Shown: positions 19,228 to 30,271, counted from the first letter of the stretch. The stretch is 64,000 nucleotides of DNA from an uncultured archaeon (GCA_964534625.1 CAZHRF010000002.1:85711-149710), one strand, 5' to 3'. Notes: generated from the letters alone by a model not told the origin. Made by a program: numbers and translations.

Positions 19228-19986
19228 TTATTGCCCTCTCAGATATTCTAATCTTTGTGAAACAGCAAGTTTTGTAAGTTGTTGGATTGGTCTAACTATT
19301 AACCAAACAGAATCTGGACGTTTTGCGATACTGAGACGATTATTAACTAAATACTCTGAACGATTTGAAGAGTTGAGTATTTCAATTAGATCATTACGTG
19401 CATTTAAACAACTACCGGTCATTACATAATTAGCTGTTTGTTGTTCTGGGATTGCATCATGTTCAGCTAAAACTCTAATGAATGCTCTTTTATCTGTTCT
19501 TTGTTCAGAAGACAAATCTGATTTATTTATAAAGGCTACAACCGGTATCTTTTTCCCAAACTTCTCACCAACAAAATCTTTGGCCTCTCTAATCGTTTTA
19601 AGATTTTGATCCCATGCACTTTTTTCATAATTAAGTACCAATAAAACAGCATCAGCACCTTTCATTACTATCTCTCTTTGAACCTTATGTCTCTCTTCTC
19701 CTGGTATAGTCCAAATCTGATATCGTAACCTATCAAACTTCTTTCCTTTAAAAGGAGGAGTTTGAAAAACACCTTGATCAAAGAAAACTGTACGGCCAGA
19801 CACATCTTGAATCTTTGTTAATGAAGAGACAATTGTATCGGGATTTTCCATCCTTCTCAACGCATTAAATACTGTAACCATACTTGTTTTACCAGCCATT
19901 GTGGGACCAAATAAAACGATTTTTAGATTTGGAACACCTTCGCGGTCCACTGAGAAAATATTACTTAAGTCTAAATCAGCACTCAT
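19228..19986 (-). CDS. MglA-like small GTPase, paralog 2
   Basis: KIVLFGPTMAGKTS, RTVFFD, WTIPGE, GADAVL, NKSD; shares SCLNARNDL with paralog 1. Confidence 0.85.
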   Translation of the reverse strand: MSADLDLSNIFSVDREGVPNLKIVLFGPTMAGKTSMVTVFNALRRMENPDTIVSSLTKIQDVSGRTVFFDQGVFQTPPFKGKKFDRLRYQIWTIPGEERHKVQREIVMKGADAVLLVLNYEKSAWDQNLKTIREAKDFVGEKFGKKIPVVAFINKSDLSSEQRTDKRAFIRVLAEHDAIPEQQTANYVMTGSCLNARNDLIEILNSSNRSEYLVNNRLSIAKRPDSVWLIVRPIQQLTKLAVSQRLEYLRGQ

Positions 19987-20054
19987 AATGAATAATTTTT
20001 TCTAATCTTATATAAATATAACTTCTTAAGGACGACTGGATAGAAAAGAAAAGC

Positions 20055-22295
20055 TTATTTTCTTTTTACGTCTATACATATCGCTAGAAGTAAGAAAGAC
20101 AGCCAAATTGTTATCCCTAATTGAAATGAGACAAAAGTTGTTGGAGTTGAGCAACCAACAAAAATCGTTGTTTTATTAGTTTCAATTGATCTTTCAGCAT
20201 ATTTGAACCTGACAGTAAATGAATAATAACCCGAAGGCTTATCGGATAAATCTATATTAGAACTTTGCCAGTTGTTAGTAATGGGGCTATAAGATAAAAG
20301 AATATAGTCATTTAAAGAATCATCATCTTCAAAATAAAGAAAAAGAGTTACTTCTGCTTTTTGGGCAAATAGTTCTCTAGAGATTAATTGTGTGTAAGAC
20401 GCATTTACTGATACTGCATATATATGTGCTGTGTTTTCTAAGTATTCTGGTTCATCTATAGTTAACAAATGTTGAACGGATATTTCTTCTTCATATTTCT
20501 TCAATCCATAGACATTTTCTCCGTTAACTGAAACATGAATATTATATGTGCTTTCGTCAAAGGATTGTAAGGAGGCGTTAATATTCCATTTTAAATCAGA
20601 AGAATAGTTCATCAACATTTCAGTGTACAGTTTGTTTTCCCAACTGTCTATAAATTGTATAAAGACATCTAAATTATTGTCTGCAGTAATTTCTGTCCCG
20701 TTTGGATAAGAAATTTTAAGATCAAAAATCGAAAAGATCCATTCATTAGGTTCATATTTTAAGATATCATTTTGAAAATTAAGTGCAACTCCTGGAGATA
20801 TTGAATAACTCAAATATTCATAATATCCTAAACCAAATTGTTCATTCCAAGAAACTCGAGGTATTTTATTTTCCATCAATGATCGAACAACATAAACTGT
20901 TTGAATGTTAGTTCCATTTATTGATTTAACAATGGTAGAGCTATCCTTGCTGTTGATTTCTTGTGTGATAGAAAATCCTGTTTGATTCTTAACTATGACC
21001 GATGTTCCTAAATAGTAATTTATTGGGGTATCAATTGAAAATATTACATTATCAGGAGCATTGTCCATCTTTGAGACGCTCATCCCATAGTATCTATGAT
21101 GTGTTTCTTTCGAAACAGGATATGATTCACTTAACTGATAATCCATTATTTTAAAATCTATATTGTCGAATCCATATATCCCTGTATCAATACTTGGTTC
21201 ATCAATTGTTAAAGCTGTTATCCAATTCAAGTATAATTGATTAAAACTGATAGTGTGTCCATTGTTATTTAAAGAATGTCCAATACCTTCTGCCCCTACA
21301 AAAGTATTAGATACAATATCTTTAACTGTGTTTGCCCCATATTTTTCTGCTATGTAAAACATGAAAAGATAAGCTCCGCCATAGTCTATCGTGACATCAT
21401 ACCCGCTTTCAGAATAATAATTCCAGAAAAGTAGTGAATCTTGTGAATTATACTTGAAATTGTTTGTAAAGGGAGTTAAATTTGAGTTACTTAAATATCC
21501 TGTAACATAGGTTGCTAATTCTGCACATCCCTCATCAACAAACCATAATTCATATGGGTCATGATTAAAGTGAATAAGATGCTGGAATTCATGCGTCAAT
21601 ACAGAAAACCGTTGGTTTCCAGTTAAATAGTCGAAATTTACATGAACCAGCTCTCTTTCATTTGAATAGGGATTACTATTTGTTCTTGCATATTCGTGAG
21701 TGGGATCAAAATAACCTGCCACGTCTCCATCTAATGAAATTAGGAAAATAGTAACTCGTGGATCTCCATCTATATCCCCTAAATAACCATCTGGATGACC
21801 AAAGTATTGTATGTTCATAGGATAAATATTTGTTTCAAAATGATCCCGGTATGTTTCTGCTTTGCTTTTAGCTCCTGAAAACCCAGCTGAATCTATATTT
21901 TTTGTCGCAACATAAACATAGGAAAAATCTCCTATCGCTAGTAATTGTGCTTGAACTTTAATATAATTATAAGAAGTAGTTGTAAATGATTCTATCGTCC
22001 AAAAATCTATTGTTTGGTACAGTTCGTCACTTTTTTTTATTAGTGTCTCTGGGCTTGAGGTACTTGGAAGTTTGTTTTGCTTCTTTAAACTATCCATTCT
22101 TTTATTGACTTGAGCTTTGAGAATCTGTGTTGGGTTGGAAGGATCTAATTCATACAAGTCTTGGACAAGAGAGTTGCTAGTGTTCATCTCTTCTGTTCTG
22201 TCAAGATTCACATAAGTGTTTGTATTTGCTGAATTTAGTCCAGCTGACATAATACATATGCCAATGATTAAGGTCAATATTACATTCTTGTCCAT
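20055..22295 (-). CDS. Secreted membrane-anchored zinc metallopeptidase (M30/hyicolysin-like)
   Basis: Signal peptide, DIDGDPRV, AGYF, HEFQH...WFVDEG gluzincin motif, C-terminal TM. Confidence 0.8.
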   Translation of the reverse strand: MDKNVILTLIIGICIMSAGLNSANTNTYVNLDRTEEMNTSNSLVQDLYELDPSNPTQILKAQVNKRMDSLKKQNKLPSTSSPETLIKKSDELYQTIDFWTIESFTTTSYNYIKVQAQLLAIGDFSYVYVATKNIDSAGFSGAKSKAETYRDHFETNIYPMNIQYFGHPDGYLGDIDGDPRVTIFLISLDGDVAGYFDPTHEYARTNSNPYSNERELVHVNFDYLTGNQRFSVLTHEFQHLIHFNHDPYELWFVDEGCAELATYVTGYLSNSNLTPFTNNFKYNSQDSLLFWNYYSESGYDVTIDYGGAYLFMFYIAEKYGANTVKDIVSNTFVGAEGIGHSLNNNGHTISFNQLYLNWITALTIDEPSIDTGIYGFDNIDFKIMDYQLSESYPVSKETHHRYYGMSVSKMDNAPDNVIFSIDTPINYYLGTSVIVKNQTGFSITQEINSKDSSTIVKSINGTNIQTVYVVRSLMENKIPRVSWNEQFGLGYYEYLSYSISPGVALNFQNDILKYEPNEWIFSIFDLKISYPNGTEITADNNLDVFIQFIDSWENKLYTEMLMNYSSDLKWNINASLQSFDESTYNIHVSVNGENVYGLKKYEEEISVQHLLTIDEPEYLENTAHIYAVSVNASYTQLISRELFAQKAEVTLFLYFEDDDSLNDYILLSYSPITNNWQSSNIDLSDKPSGYYSFTVRFKYAERSIETNKTTIFVGCSTPTTFVSFQLGITIWLSFLLLAICIDVKRK

Positions 22296-22418
22296 TTTTC
22301 TCTAATCAAGGTAAAACCCTAAGCGCTTATAATGTTTGTCTAGTATCAACTCTTGAACAAAAATAATTATCACACATGATTATCTTTACCATTTTTTAAA
22401 AATATGATTGAAGAAAAT

Positions 22419-23192
22419 CTATCCTGATGGAGAATAGTAGAAGTTTGTTTGCAGACCTACTATTGTTGTTACGATTACATTAACTAAGAGCAAGGACAAA
22501 GAAAGTAACATGAGTTTTGTTGAAAAAATTTCTTTTCTTGCTGTTTTTTTTGCTTTTTCCATTTCTTTTCCCCAATATGTGTTTTCATCACGTTTAAACT
22601 CCCAATACTCTTGGTAATCTTCTTCATCCGCATCTGGATCACAAATGACTTTGATTTCATCTTTCATCAATTTATTCTCGTGATTTTTAGCTTCAGCTTT
22701 AATTGATAATGCAATTAAATTCTGAGGAGGTGATTTGAAGATTTTAGGTACAACATGGACATTATCTTTTCCCTTTTTTGATTTAACTTTTTTATGGTTA
22801 ACAAAAATCTCAATACTATTTTCTTGGACAAATTTTGGGTTATATTTTACGCTAATCTGGAAATTAGCAGGTATAACTGTTTGATCCTCAGGTTCATTTA
22901 TACGTATTTTGGGTGGGGGATTGTATCTTGATAATCCTCCCATACATCCTCCAATGATTAAAATGATTCCAGGGATAGTTATCATGGACCACTCAAAAAA
23001 TGCCCAAGGATTAAATTGGAAGAAATAAAGAAGAATACAAAAAATTGCATCTAAGAATAATATTATAGTCCCCCATTTGAGTACAAATAAACCATATGAT
23101 CGCCATTTTTCTTTTCGAGATAGATTTAGATAGTCTGGTTTATCTTCCTCCCTATTTCCCTTGTTTTTCTTATTTTTCTTTAATGTATTCAT
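22419..23192 (-). CDS. Membrane protein with central Ig-like beta domain
   Basis: Two N-terminal TMs, PPKIRINEPED-led beta-rich region, C-terminal TM. Confidence 0.6.
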   Translation of the reverse strand: MNTLKKNKKNKGNREEDKPDYLNLSRKEKWRSYGLFVLKWGTIILFLDAIFCILLYFFQFNPWAFFEWSMITIPGIILIIGGCMGGLSRYNPPPKIRINEPEDQTVIPANFQISVKYNPKFVQENSIEIFVNHKKVKSKKGKDNVHVVPKIFKSPPQNLIALSIKAEAKNHENKLMKDEIKVICDPDADEEDYQEYWEFKRDENTYWGKEMEKAKKTARKEIFSTKLMLLSLSLLLVNVIVTTIVGLQTNFYYSPSG

Positions 23193-23207
23193 ACTTGAAT
23201 GCCTCTA

Positions 23208-23477
23208 TCAATCTGTGATGATGTATTTGAAAGATGTATATGAATAATAGATTAGAAGAATAGATAGATGAATGCCTAAAAACGCCCCTACCATTGGATT
23301 ACTTTCGCCTTCTATTTCGATATTTCTAAATGCAGCGTAAACAAATAAAGCTCCACCACTAAATAGAAAAGTAACACTTAAAGCTAGTGCAGTCATCATT
23401 TTAATTACAATGAGATCAAACAAGGGATCTGGTTTTGGTTTTTTTTCCTTTTCTTTTTTATTATTCTGTTTCTTCAT
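23208..23477 (-). CDS. Small two-TM membrane protein
   Basis: Two hydrophobic helices; co-oriented with neighbours. Confidence 0.6.
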   Translation of the reverse strand: MKKQNNKKEKEKKPKPDPLFDLIVIKMMTALALSVTFLFSGGALFVYAAFRNIEIEGESNPMVGAFLGIHLSILLIYYSYTSFKYIITD

Positions 23478-23565
23478 ATTATCAATCCATTAGTCTCATA
23501 TCCTAATATAGTGTATCGATATCTATATATTAAGGTCATGTTAATACAAGTGATCTCATAGTTCC

Positions 23566-24426
23566 TCATTTATCATCTTGTACTAAGATGATCTGTTTAC
23601 CTTCTTTTTTGATTCTTATGTCTCTCTGTAATTTCAAGGAACTTATAATGTGTTTAGGTAATTGAATACTGCCATAGGTGTCAATGTACACATGATTAAG
23701 ATCTTCTAATCTCTTTATTTTCTCAGTTGGCATGTAACCAGATATCCTTCCATCGACTATTTGTATTAAACGATCTGAATTTCTTGCTACCTCCATTTCA
23801 TGTGTAACCATAATCGCTGTGATACCATATTCTTTGTTCAATCTTTTAAAGTAGTTCATAATCTCTTGAGTTGTAACTGAATCTAATTCTCCCGTTGGTT
23901 CATCAGCAAGTAATAATGATGGGTTATTAGCTAATGCAGTAGCTAAACCAGCTCTTTGCACTTGACCACCCGAAAGTTGAATTGGTTTATGATGTATTCT
24001 ATTACCCAATCCTACTTCTTTAAGTAATTCTTTAGCTCTTGTTATTCTAGTTTCTCTTGGAAAACCAAGTAAGCGCATGGGTATTTCTACATTTTCAAGG
24101 ATAGAGATCTCATAGATGAGATTCCTACTAGGTAGCTGCCACAAGGTTCCTACTCTTTTTCGCCTATATTCTGTACGTTCTTGATCGTTAAAATGATCTA
24201 ATCGCAAATTACCAACTCTAACTGTCCCTGAACTGACGCTAGCCATACCTGCTAAGATCAGAAGAAGAGTTGTCTTTCCACTTCCAGATGGGCCAATAAT
24301 AGAAATGAACTCGCCTTTTTTTACATCTAGTTCAATGCTACGTAATGCGGGGACATGTATATTTGTTTCTTTTGAGTGATAAATTTTTATTAAATCACGA
24401 ATCTCAATAAACGAATCTTTACTCAT
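23566..24426 (-). CDS. ABC transporter ATP-binding protein (LolD/MacB type) with AbrB-like C-terminal extension
   Basis: GPSGSGKTT, LSGGQ, LLADEPTG, VTH; C-terminal IDTYGSIQLPK. Confidence 0.92.
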   Translation of the reverse strand: MSKDSFIEIRDLIKIYHSKETNIHVPALRSIELDVKKGEFISIIGPSGSGKTTLLLILAGMASVSSGTVRVGNLRLDHFNDQERTEYRRKRVGTLWQLPSRNLIYEISILENVEIPMRLLGFPRETRITRAKELLKEVGLGNRIHHKPIQLSGGQVQRAGLATALANNPSLLLADEPTGELDSVTTQEIMNYFKRLNKEYGITAIMVTHEMEVARNSDRLIQIVDGRISGYMPTEKIKRLEDLNHVYIDTYGSIQLPKHIISSLKLQRDIRIKKEGKQIILVQDDK

Positions 24427-24437
24427 CTTTACTCACC

Positions 24438-27400
24438 TTATCCACTCTGTCTTAATTCTGAACCTACCTCTTTCTTTGCGTGTTGTATAGAAGGTACTAT
24501 TGCTCCAATCATCGTTGAAATTGAAAGAACCACCATAACTATAATTACTGTTATAAACGGATAAACCATTTGAAATGGCGGAACTGTCCGATTTACAGTT
24601 AGAATTATCATGAACATCCTGGAGGTTAATAATCCTCCAAAAAGACCAATAATAATTGAAAAAATTAATAGTAGTATATATTCAGCTAAAAATAATCGTA
24701 TAAGCTGATTTGTTGTAATACCTATCGCTTTCATGGTGGCAACTTCTCTTGATTTTTCTATGAGTTGTATAGATGCAAATAAAGCTAGTATTATTGCATT
24801 TATAGTAAAGGACATGATAAGAGTAGAATTAATAGCAGAATAAAGGATAGATGATCTGGCTGTATTGGGTTTTACAAAAATTTGTTCATTAACATTTTGT
24901 ATTTCTTTATTTCCAATAATACCAGCTATTTCGTCACTTATATTATCTATATCTGAATCTTCTGCTACATCTATGTAGAGATAGTCTATCACATCAAAAG
25001 AATACACTTCTATTTGATTCATAAATTCGAGATTGGTTATTAATTTGTAATTAATGCTTCTAACGTTGCCTGCATTTTCATCTTTTACTAATCTGGGCCA
25101 ATAAGTAAATTTGTCTACTACTGTGACAGCTATTTCAGCGTAATAAAAAGGCGATCCTTGTGATGTACGTAATGATTCGTTATACGCTCTATATTTAATG
25201 GATATCTGATCATCAACGTCACGCTTTAAATCATTAAGAATTGTTTCTCCAGCAAGAACATATGTTTCATTTGTGAGTTTTGCTATTAGCTCTTTATGTG
25301 ATTTTGCTGCAAAGTCATCCCTAAAATAGGCTGTTTGTGCATATTCTGAACTGTTAATAGCAAGAACACTATACGTTATACTATAATCCCCAGACACATC
25401 TTGGAGATTTACAAATCTTACATAAGCTGTAGAAGAAACACCTGAAATTTTTTCAATTTGATTTCTTAAATAAACATTTTCTTTTGGGAAATTTCTAACT
25501 ACTATATCTGCTCCCAAATCATAATATGCACCATCATAATTGAATTTTTGATATGAAGCTGGTACTATGATGCAACTTATAACAATAGCAAATGATAAAC
25601 AAAGTATGATAGAGGAACGAGAAAAACTGTGTTGATTTCTTAGAACTTGTTTAATACCTACAGTCACAACATTATTCTTGAGCTTTTCAGTTAATTTAAT
25701 TAGTAATTTACCAAACCAAGGAAATAATCTTTGACTTACAAGGATTACACCAAACAGTATTAAAACAGCAGCTGGTATTCCAATGTACTTTGAAGTTGTT
25801 GCCCTAAATCCACTTAATGCAGGCAGCTTAAACAATACCCATATTATAACACCAGTCGAAAGTATCATGAAATCAACGAAGTAATAGTAATATTTAGGCA
25901 ATTTTTTTTCAACTTGCCCATAATCTTCTACTTCTCTACTTTTTAGTAAAGTAAGTATGTTAAAGATTTGTATTAATAATATTGTTCCAATGCTTCCTAA
26001 AAGAGCAATTATTACTGATGTGATATTCAATTGTAATTGAATGATTTCTAATTTGAAAGTCATAAAACCAGAACTCTTTGATAATAGAAGTGCTAAAGGT
26101 ATACTTAAAGTAATCCCTATTATCAAAGATAAGGAACCAAAAATAAAAGCTTCCAAAATAAGATAAGCAGCAATTTCTCTTTTTTTCGTACCTCGCTCAG
26201 ATAAAATAGTTAACTGTCTATCTCTTTTTTTACGAACGAGATTGGCTGCATATACTGTTAATATAATTGTCAAAATTATTATCGGAGCTAAAAATGAATA
26301 AATAAAAATCTGATAGAGATTATATTCCTCTTGAAAACTTTCTATAGCATAAAGCAAGTAAGAGTTGATCTCAATTTGCGAATAAGAACCTAAAGTAAAG
26401 AATGAATCCTTCAATTCAAGAGTTATTTGTTTGAGTAATCTAATTTCGTCTCCAATATTAAACGAATCAATCAAAGAAACATCGTAGAACAGGTCTAAAT
26501 ACAAACTAGCTACTGAACTTGTGAGAGCTATATTGCCAAGTATGTTGGCTGCAATTGGCCAATTTGCATATGCTACTCCACTAGCTGATAACTCAAAAAG
26601 ACTTTCTAAAGGTATTTCCTTTTGTGATCTCAATATTTCATATGGTTCAATATCATCGATAAAAACTATACCTGAAACTGTTGCGTTGGTTTGGGCAGTA
26701 GGCATTGTAAGTGAGGCTTCTTTACTAAGTGAAACGGGTATATATAATGAAATAGTAGAATTTACATCAATATGAGAGTTATTATAAAAATCTGATGTTA
26801 TAAGCAGTACAACTTCACCTAGGTTTGTTGCGGGTTTTCCTATGTGAATATTATTCTGAATAAAACTATCTAACCTTCCCCCTCCTCCTATTAAAGGCAT
26901 ATTAGGAAGTGAATACGATCCAGTTGAAGGATCTTTACTATAGGTAAAAGTACCACGTTTAAAAAATAGATCTTGTTGTAAAAATCTATCAGTGACATTC
27001 ATTTTTTCTAATGCTAGCTCTCCAATTCTATTGATTAATTGATATTGAGACATTTGTTGGCGAATCATTGTATTTTCTATCTCAACTTGTATATATGTTC
27101 TCGATTCTTCTTCCATATAAAGATCAAACGCTTGATATTGGTAGGAATAAATGAAAAAAACATATTGGGAAATGATTGTAACTGCCAGAGTTACTCCGAT
27201 ACAAGTAATCAGACCATATTTCCAGCCTGCTTTGAATAAAGGTTTGAATATATGTAATCCTGGGATGAACAATAGAAGGAAAATATCTATTAATATTGGA
27301 AAAACGATAATCCAAGAAAAAAGAATGGCAATTACACTATAAAAATAATGTTTAATTCTATTGTTATTATCCATTGAATTAATGATATTGGTTGTTTTTT

Positions 27401-27557
27401 TGAGAGTAACACGTGTTATGATAAATATGTTTTGTCTTATTTGTCTCTCTCTCTTAATTTGTTCAACATTATCACTCATATTATGTTCAGTAGCAGAAAT
27501 ATCTATAAATATTATGTTGGAATAAAATAAAATGGTTTGATTACGGATAAAACCCAT
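24438..27557 (-). CDS. FtsX/MacB-like ABC permease with duplicated module
   Basis: ILSERG, LGADIVV and EVATMKAIG motifs; multi-TM; true start may be ATG 27479. Confidence 0.85.
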   Translation of the reverse strand: MGFIRNQTILFYSNIIFIDISATEHNMSDNVEQIKRERQIRQNIFIITRVTLKKTTNIINSMDNNNRIKHYFYSVIAILFSWIIVFPILIDIFLLLFIPGLHIFKPLFKAGWKYGLITCIGVTLAVTIISQYVFFIYSYQYQAFDLYMEEESRTYIQVEIENTMIRQQMSQYQLINRIGELALEKMNVTDRFLQQDLFFKRGTFTYSKDPSTGSYSLPNMPLIGGGGRLDSFIQNNIHIGKPATNLGEVVLLITSDFYNNSHIDVNSTISLYIPVSLSKEASLTMPTAQTNATVSGIVFIDDIEPYEILRSQKEIPLESLFELSASGVAYANWPIAANILGNIALTSSVASLYLDLFYDVSLIDSFNIGDEIRLLKQITLELKDSFFTLGSYSQIEINSYLLYAIESFQEEYNLYQIFIYSFLAPIIILTIILTVYAANLVRKKRDRQLTILSERGTKKREIAAYLILEAFIFGSLSLIIGITLSIPLALLLSKSSGFMTFKLEIIQLQLNITSVIIALLGSIGTILLIQIFNILTLLKSREVEDYGQVEKKLPKYYYYFVDFMILSTGVIIWVLFKLPALSGFRATTSKYIGIPAAVLILFGVILVSQRLFPWFGKLLIKLTEKLKNNVVTVGIKQVLRNQHSFSRSSIILCLSFAIVISCIIVPASYQKFNYDGAYYDLGADIVVRNFPKENVYLRNQIEKISGVSSTAYVRFVNLQDVSGDYSITYSVLAINSSEYAQTAYFRDDFAAKSHKELIAKLTNETYVLAGETILNDLKRDVDDQISIKYRAYNESLRTSQGSPFYYAEIAVTVVDKFTYWPRLVKDENAGNVRSINYKLITNLEFMNQIEVYSFDVIDYLYIDVAEDSDIDNISDEIAGIIGNKEIQNVNEQIFVKPNTARSSILYSAINSTLIMSFTINAIILALFASIQLIEKSREVATMKAIGITTNQLIRLFLAEYILLLIFSIIIGLFGGLLTSRMFMIILTVNRTVPPFQMVYPFITVIIVMVVLSISTMIGAIVPSIQHAKKEVGSELRQSG

Positions 27558-27669
27558 CTTTATTTTAGTTATTTGCTTAAATCAAAGATGACAAAGTATA
27601 AATTCAATCTATTCTTACGACAACAATAACTAATAAATATTAGTTGCATTAATACATGATGTGAATATT

Positions 27670-28725
27670 ATGAGCCCAGTAGCAGAAATGACACGTGCTG
27701 TCGGTGTTGATTTAGGTACTAGTACCATTAAATTAATTTCAGGGGAAAAAATGTTTAAACTACCTTCAGTTATTGGTACACCTAACCCTGGATGGGGTGG
27801 CATGTCTCAAGATAAAACATGGCAAAATAATTTGATTATTGAAGATGTTAATAAAAGTGAATTATATATTGGCGAATTAGCAAGGCTTCAAAGTGAAATA
27901 AGAAAACCTTTAGCATCTGAAGGCAAAATGAAATCTATTGATAACAGCCTTTTGGCTCTTAAAGCTGCTCTAAGTTTGACAATGGAATCTACTTATGAAC
28001 AATTTATAGTCGCAACTGGTGTTCCAATTGCCACAGGAATTGAGGAAAGCAAAATGCTTAGTAAGGGATTAAAAGGCACGCATGAGATCAAGGTTAGAAA
28101 TGATGCCACAGGTGAAACTAAGAATCTAAAAATCTTAATTGAACAAGCTTATGTCTTACCTGAACCCTATGGTACCTACTACACCACATTAAAGGATTTA
28201 GGTGTTAAGTCCGCAGTTGATTCTGTAATCGTTGATATTGGACATGGTACTACAGATCTATTATGCATGTATAAGGGAAATATGATGAGAGCTGCATCTG
28301 GCTCTTTAGAAGAAGCAACTGACAGTTTAACCAATGCTTTAGCAAGAGCAATACAAGAGAAAACAGGTAAGATAATTAGGCCTTTTGATTTAATGAAGGC
28401 TATAGAAGAAGGAAAACGTCAAGTTTTAGTTACAGGTAAGGCTTTAGATATTGGTTCTGCTATTGATCAAGCCGTTGCGTCGATTTCTGAAGTAATAATT
28501 GATGAAACGAACCGTTTACTTAACAATTTACCACCAGATGCGTGGATTGAGAAAGTCATTGTTTGTGGTGGTGGCGCATATATCTTTGGTTCATATCTCA
28601 AACAAGCTTTCTTCGAAGCAGATATCGTTAAATCAATTGAAGAAGTTATCATTCCAGAAAACTCTGTTATGTCAAACGCAAGAGGTTTTGAGCAAATAGC
28701 AAATGCCAAACTAAAAAAGAAATAA
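27670..28725 (+). CDS. Actin-fold ATPase, ParM/StbA (Ta0583-like) family
   Basis: VGVDLGTSTIK (phosphate 1), VLPEPYG, IVDIGHGTTD (phosphate 2), VCGGGA, SNARGF. Confidence 0.88.
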   Translation: MSPVAEMTRAVGVDLGTSTIKLISGEKMFKLPSVIGTPNPGWGGMSQDKTWQNNLIIEDVNKSELYIGELARLQSEIRKPLASEGKMKSIDNSLLALKAALSLTMESTYEQFIVATGVPIATGIEESKMLSKGLKGTHEIKVRNDATGETKNLKILIEQAYVLPEPYGTYYTTLKDLGVKSAVDSVIVDIGHGTTDLLCMYKGNMMRAASGSLEEATDSLTNALARAIQEKTGKIIRPFDLMKAIEEGKRQVLVTGKALDIGSAIDQAVASISEVIIDETNRLLNNLPPDAWIEKVIVCGGGAYIFGSYLKQAFFEADIVKSIEEVIIPENSVMSNARGFEQIANAKLKKK

Positions 28726-28752
28726 AAATATCCTTTTTTTCTTCTCATTTTT

Positions 28753-29496
28753 TTATTCCATTTGGTTCTTTTTCCTCTCAAGAAACAAGACGTATTGAGG
28801 TCCAAATGCCATGTAAATTAACATCCATACAGATAATACATAGCCTGGATATTTCATCAAATCAAATGGTAACACTGCAATTGATAGAATAATTATTGTG
28901 GTAGAGATAACCCAGAACAAATCAAATGCCTTCCAATCTCCTTTAAATGAAGGAAACGGCGTTTTCGTTATCATAAATATTGCAACAGCTAGTGTTGTAA
29001 CTAAGATGGCCCATTCAGGTGTTTCCTCTAAAATTATAAGAGAACCTATTACCATGGCTGCAAATGGTGAAGGAACCCCCTCAAAATAAAGGGTAAAAAG
29101 AGGATCTCTTTTTGTAAATCTATATAAGCGATATATGGCTGCAATAAAGTAGATTAAACCTGACATTATCCCTGCAACCACATGAAAGTTTTTTATATAA
29201 AAACCAAGAAATATCGAAGGGAGTAAAGCAAAAGTAACTGCATCTACAATTGTATCAATGTCAACAGCTAAAATCTCTGACAATCCACTTATTCTAGCTA
29301 GTTTTCCATCAGTAAAATCTAAGATACAACAAACAGCGAGAACTTTAGGAAACCATACTATATAATTTGTAAACGATTTAAACATGTATATTATGCTAAA
29401 TATTGCCAATAAAAAGCTAGAAAGGGTCATTAAATTAGCTACTATCCAGCATATATACTTTATTATTTTATTTTCCAAAACGATTTTAAATTTCAT
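28753..29496 (-). CDS. pssA: CDP-alcohol phosphatidyltransferase (archaetidylserine synthase)
   Basis: ANLMT, DFTDGKLAR...DTIVD, RLYRF, FEGVPSP; adjacent to psd. Confidence 0.85.
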   Translation of the reverse strand: MKFKIVLENKIIKYICWIVANLMTLSSFLLAIFSIIYMFKSFTNYIVWFPKVLAVCCILDFTDGKLARISGLSEILAVDIDTIVDAVTFALLPSIFLGFYIKNFHVVAGIMSGLIYFIAAIYRLYRFTKRDPLFTLYFEGVPSPFAAMVIGSLIILEETPEWAILVTTLAVAIFMITKTPFPSFKGDWKAFDLFWVISTTIIILSIAVLPFDLMKYPGYVLSVWMLIYMAFGPQYVLFLERKKNQME

Positions 29497-29514
29497 GATA
29501 ATAGGCCTCGAAAA

Positions 29515-30201
29515 TTAATTGAAAGTTGCAAGTAATGTTATTCCAGCGCGTACTGATTGATATTCTTTTACTTGAATGGAGATATTTCTTTCCGTTTCTA
29601 TTTCTAAGTGAGTTATGGATCCAAAACGGATATGACCAATACTTGCACTTTGTTCAACTGTGTCATCAAAACTTACATATGCTATTGTTCTTCTTGCAAA
29701 AATGCCAGAAACTTGAATTACTTTGATCACCAGTGGTATTTTGTCATTACGTATTATGATTGTATTCCGTTGATTCTTCTTCGCATAATTGGGGAAGTAG
29801 ACTGGCCAGTGACTTCCTTTCTGGAAGTGCACTCCAGATACTTTTCCATTAATTGGACTTCTTGTCATGTGAACATCAAAAGGAGACATTCTTATAGTTA
29901 ATTTCCATGTTTTTCCTTCTTTTGTGATGTCTGTTACGATTCCATCAGCAGGAGAAATAATTCCTTTATTATTTATCGTTAAATCTCTTATAGGATCTCT
30001 AAATGTCCATATTATGAAGAAACTAAATATAATTATTGCTACTAATCCTAAACTGATTAACCAATATATTTTATTTAAGTATAATATTATTAGAATTGCG
30101 ATGCTAGCTAAAACCATATCAATTGCTAACATAATAAGGATATAATTAATTGTGTCTTTTGCAATTGACATGTTATGTCTCCAGAAGATTGATCCACTCA
30201 T
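29515..30201 (-). CDS. psd: Archaetidylserine/phosphatidylserine decarboxylase proenzyme
   Basis: FRDP, SPADG, MSPFDVH, RFGS self-cleavage motif. Confidence 0.92.
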   Translation of the reverse strand: MSGSIFWRHNMSIAKDTINYILIMLAIDMVLASIAILIILYLNKIYWLISLGLVAIIIFSFFIIWTFRDPIRDLTINNKGIISPADGIVTDITKEGKTWKLTIRMSPFDVHMTRSPINGKVSGVHFQKGSHWPVYFPNYAKKNQRNTIIIRNDKIPLVIKVIQVSGIFARRTIAYVSFDDTVEQSASIGHIRFGSITHLEIETERNISIQVKEYQSVRAGITLLATFN

Positions 30202-30271
30202 ATAAGAATCTTGTAACTTTCATCAAAACGTGAAAATATACACTTAAAAAATTATTGGATGAATTGTGAAA

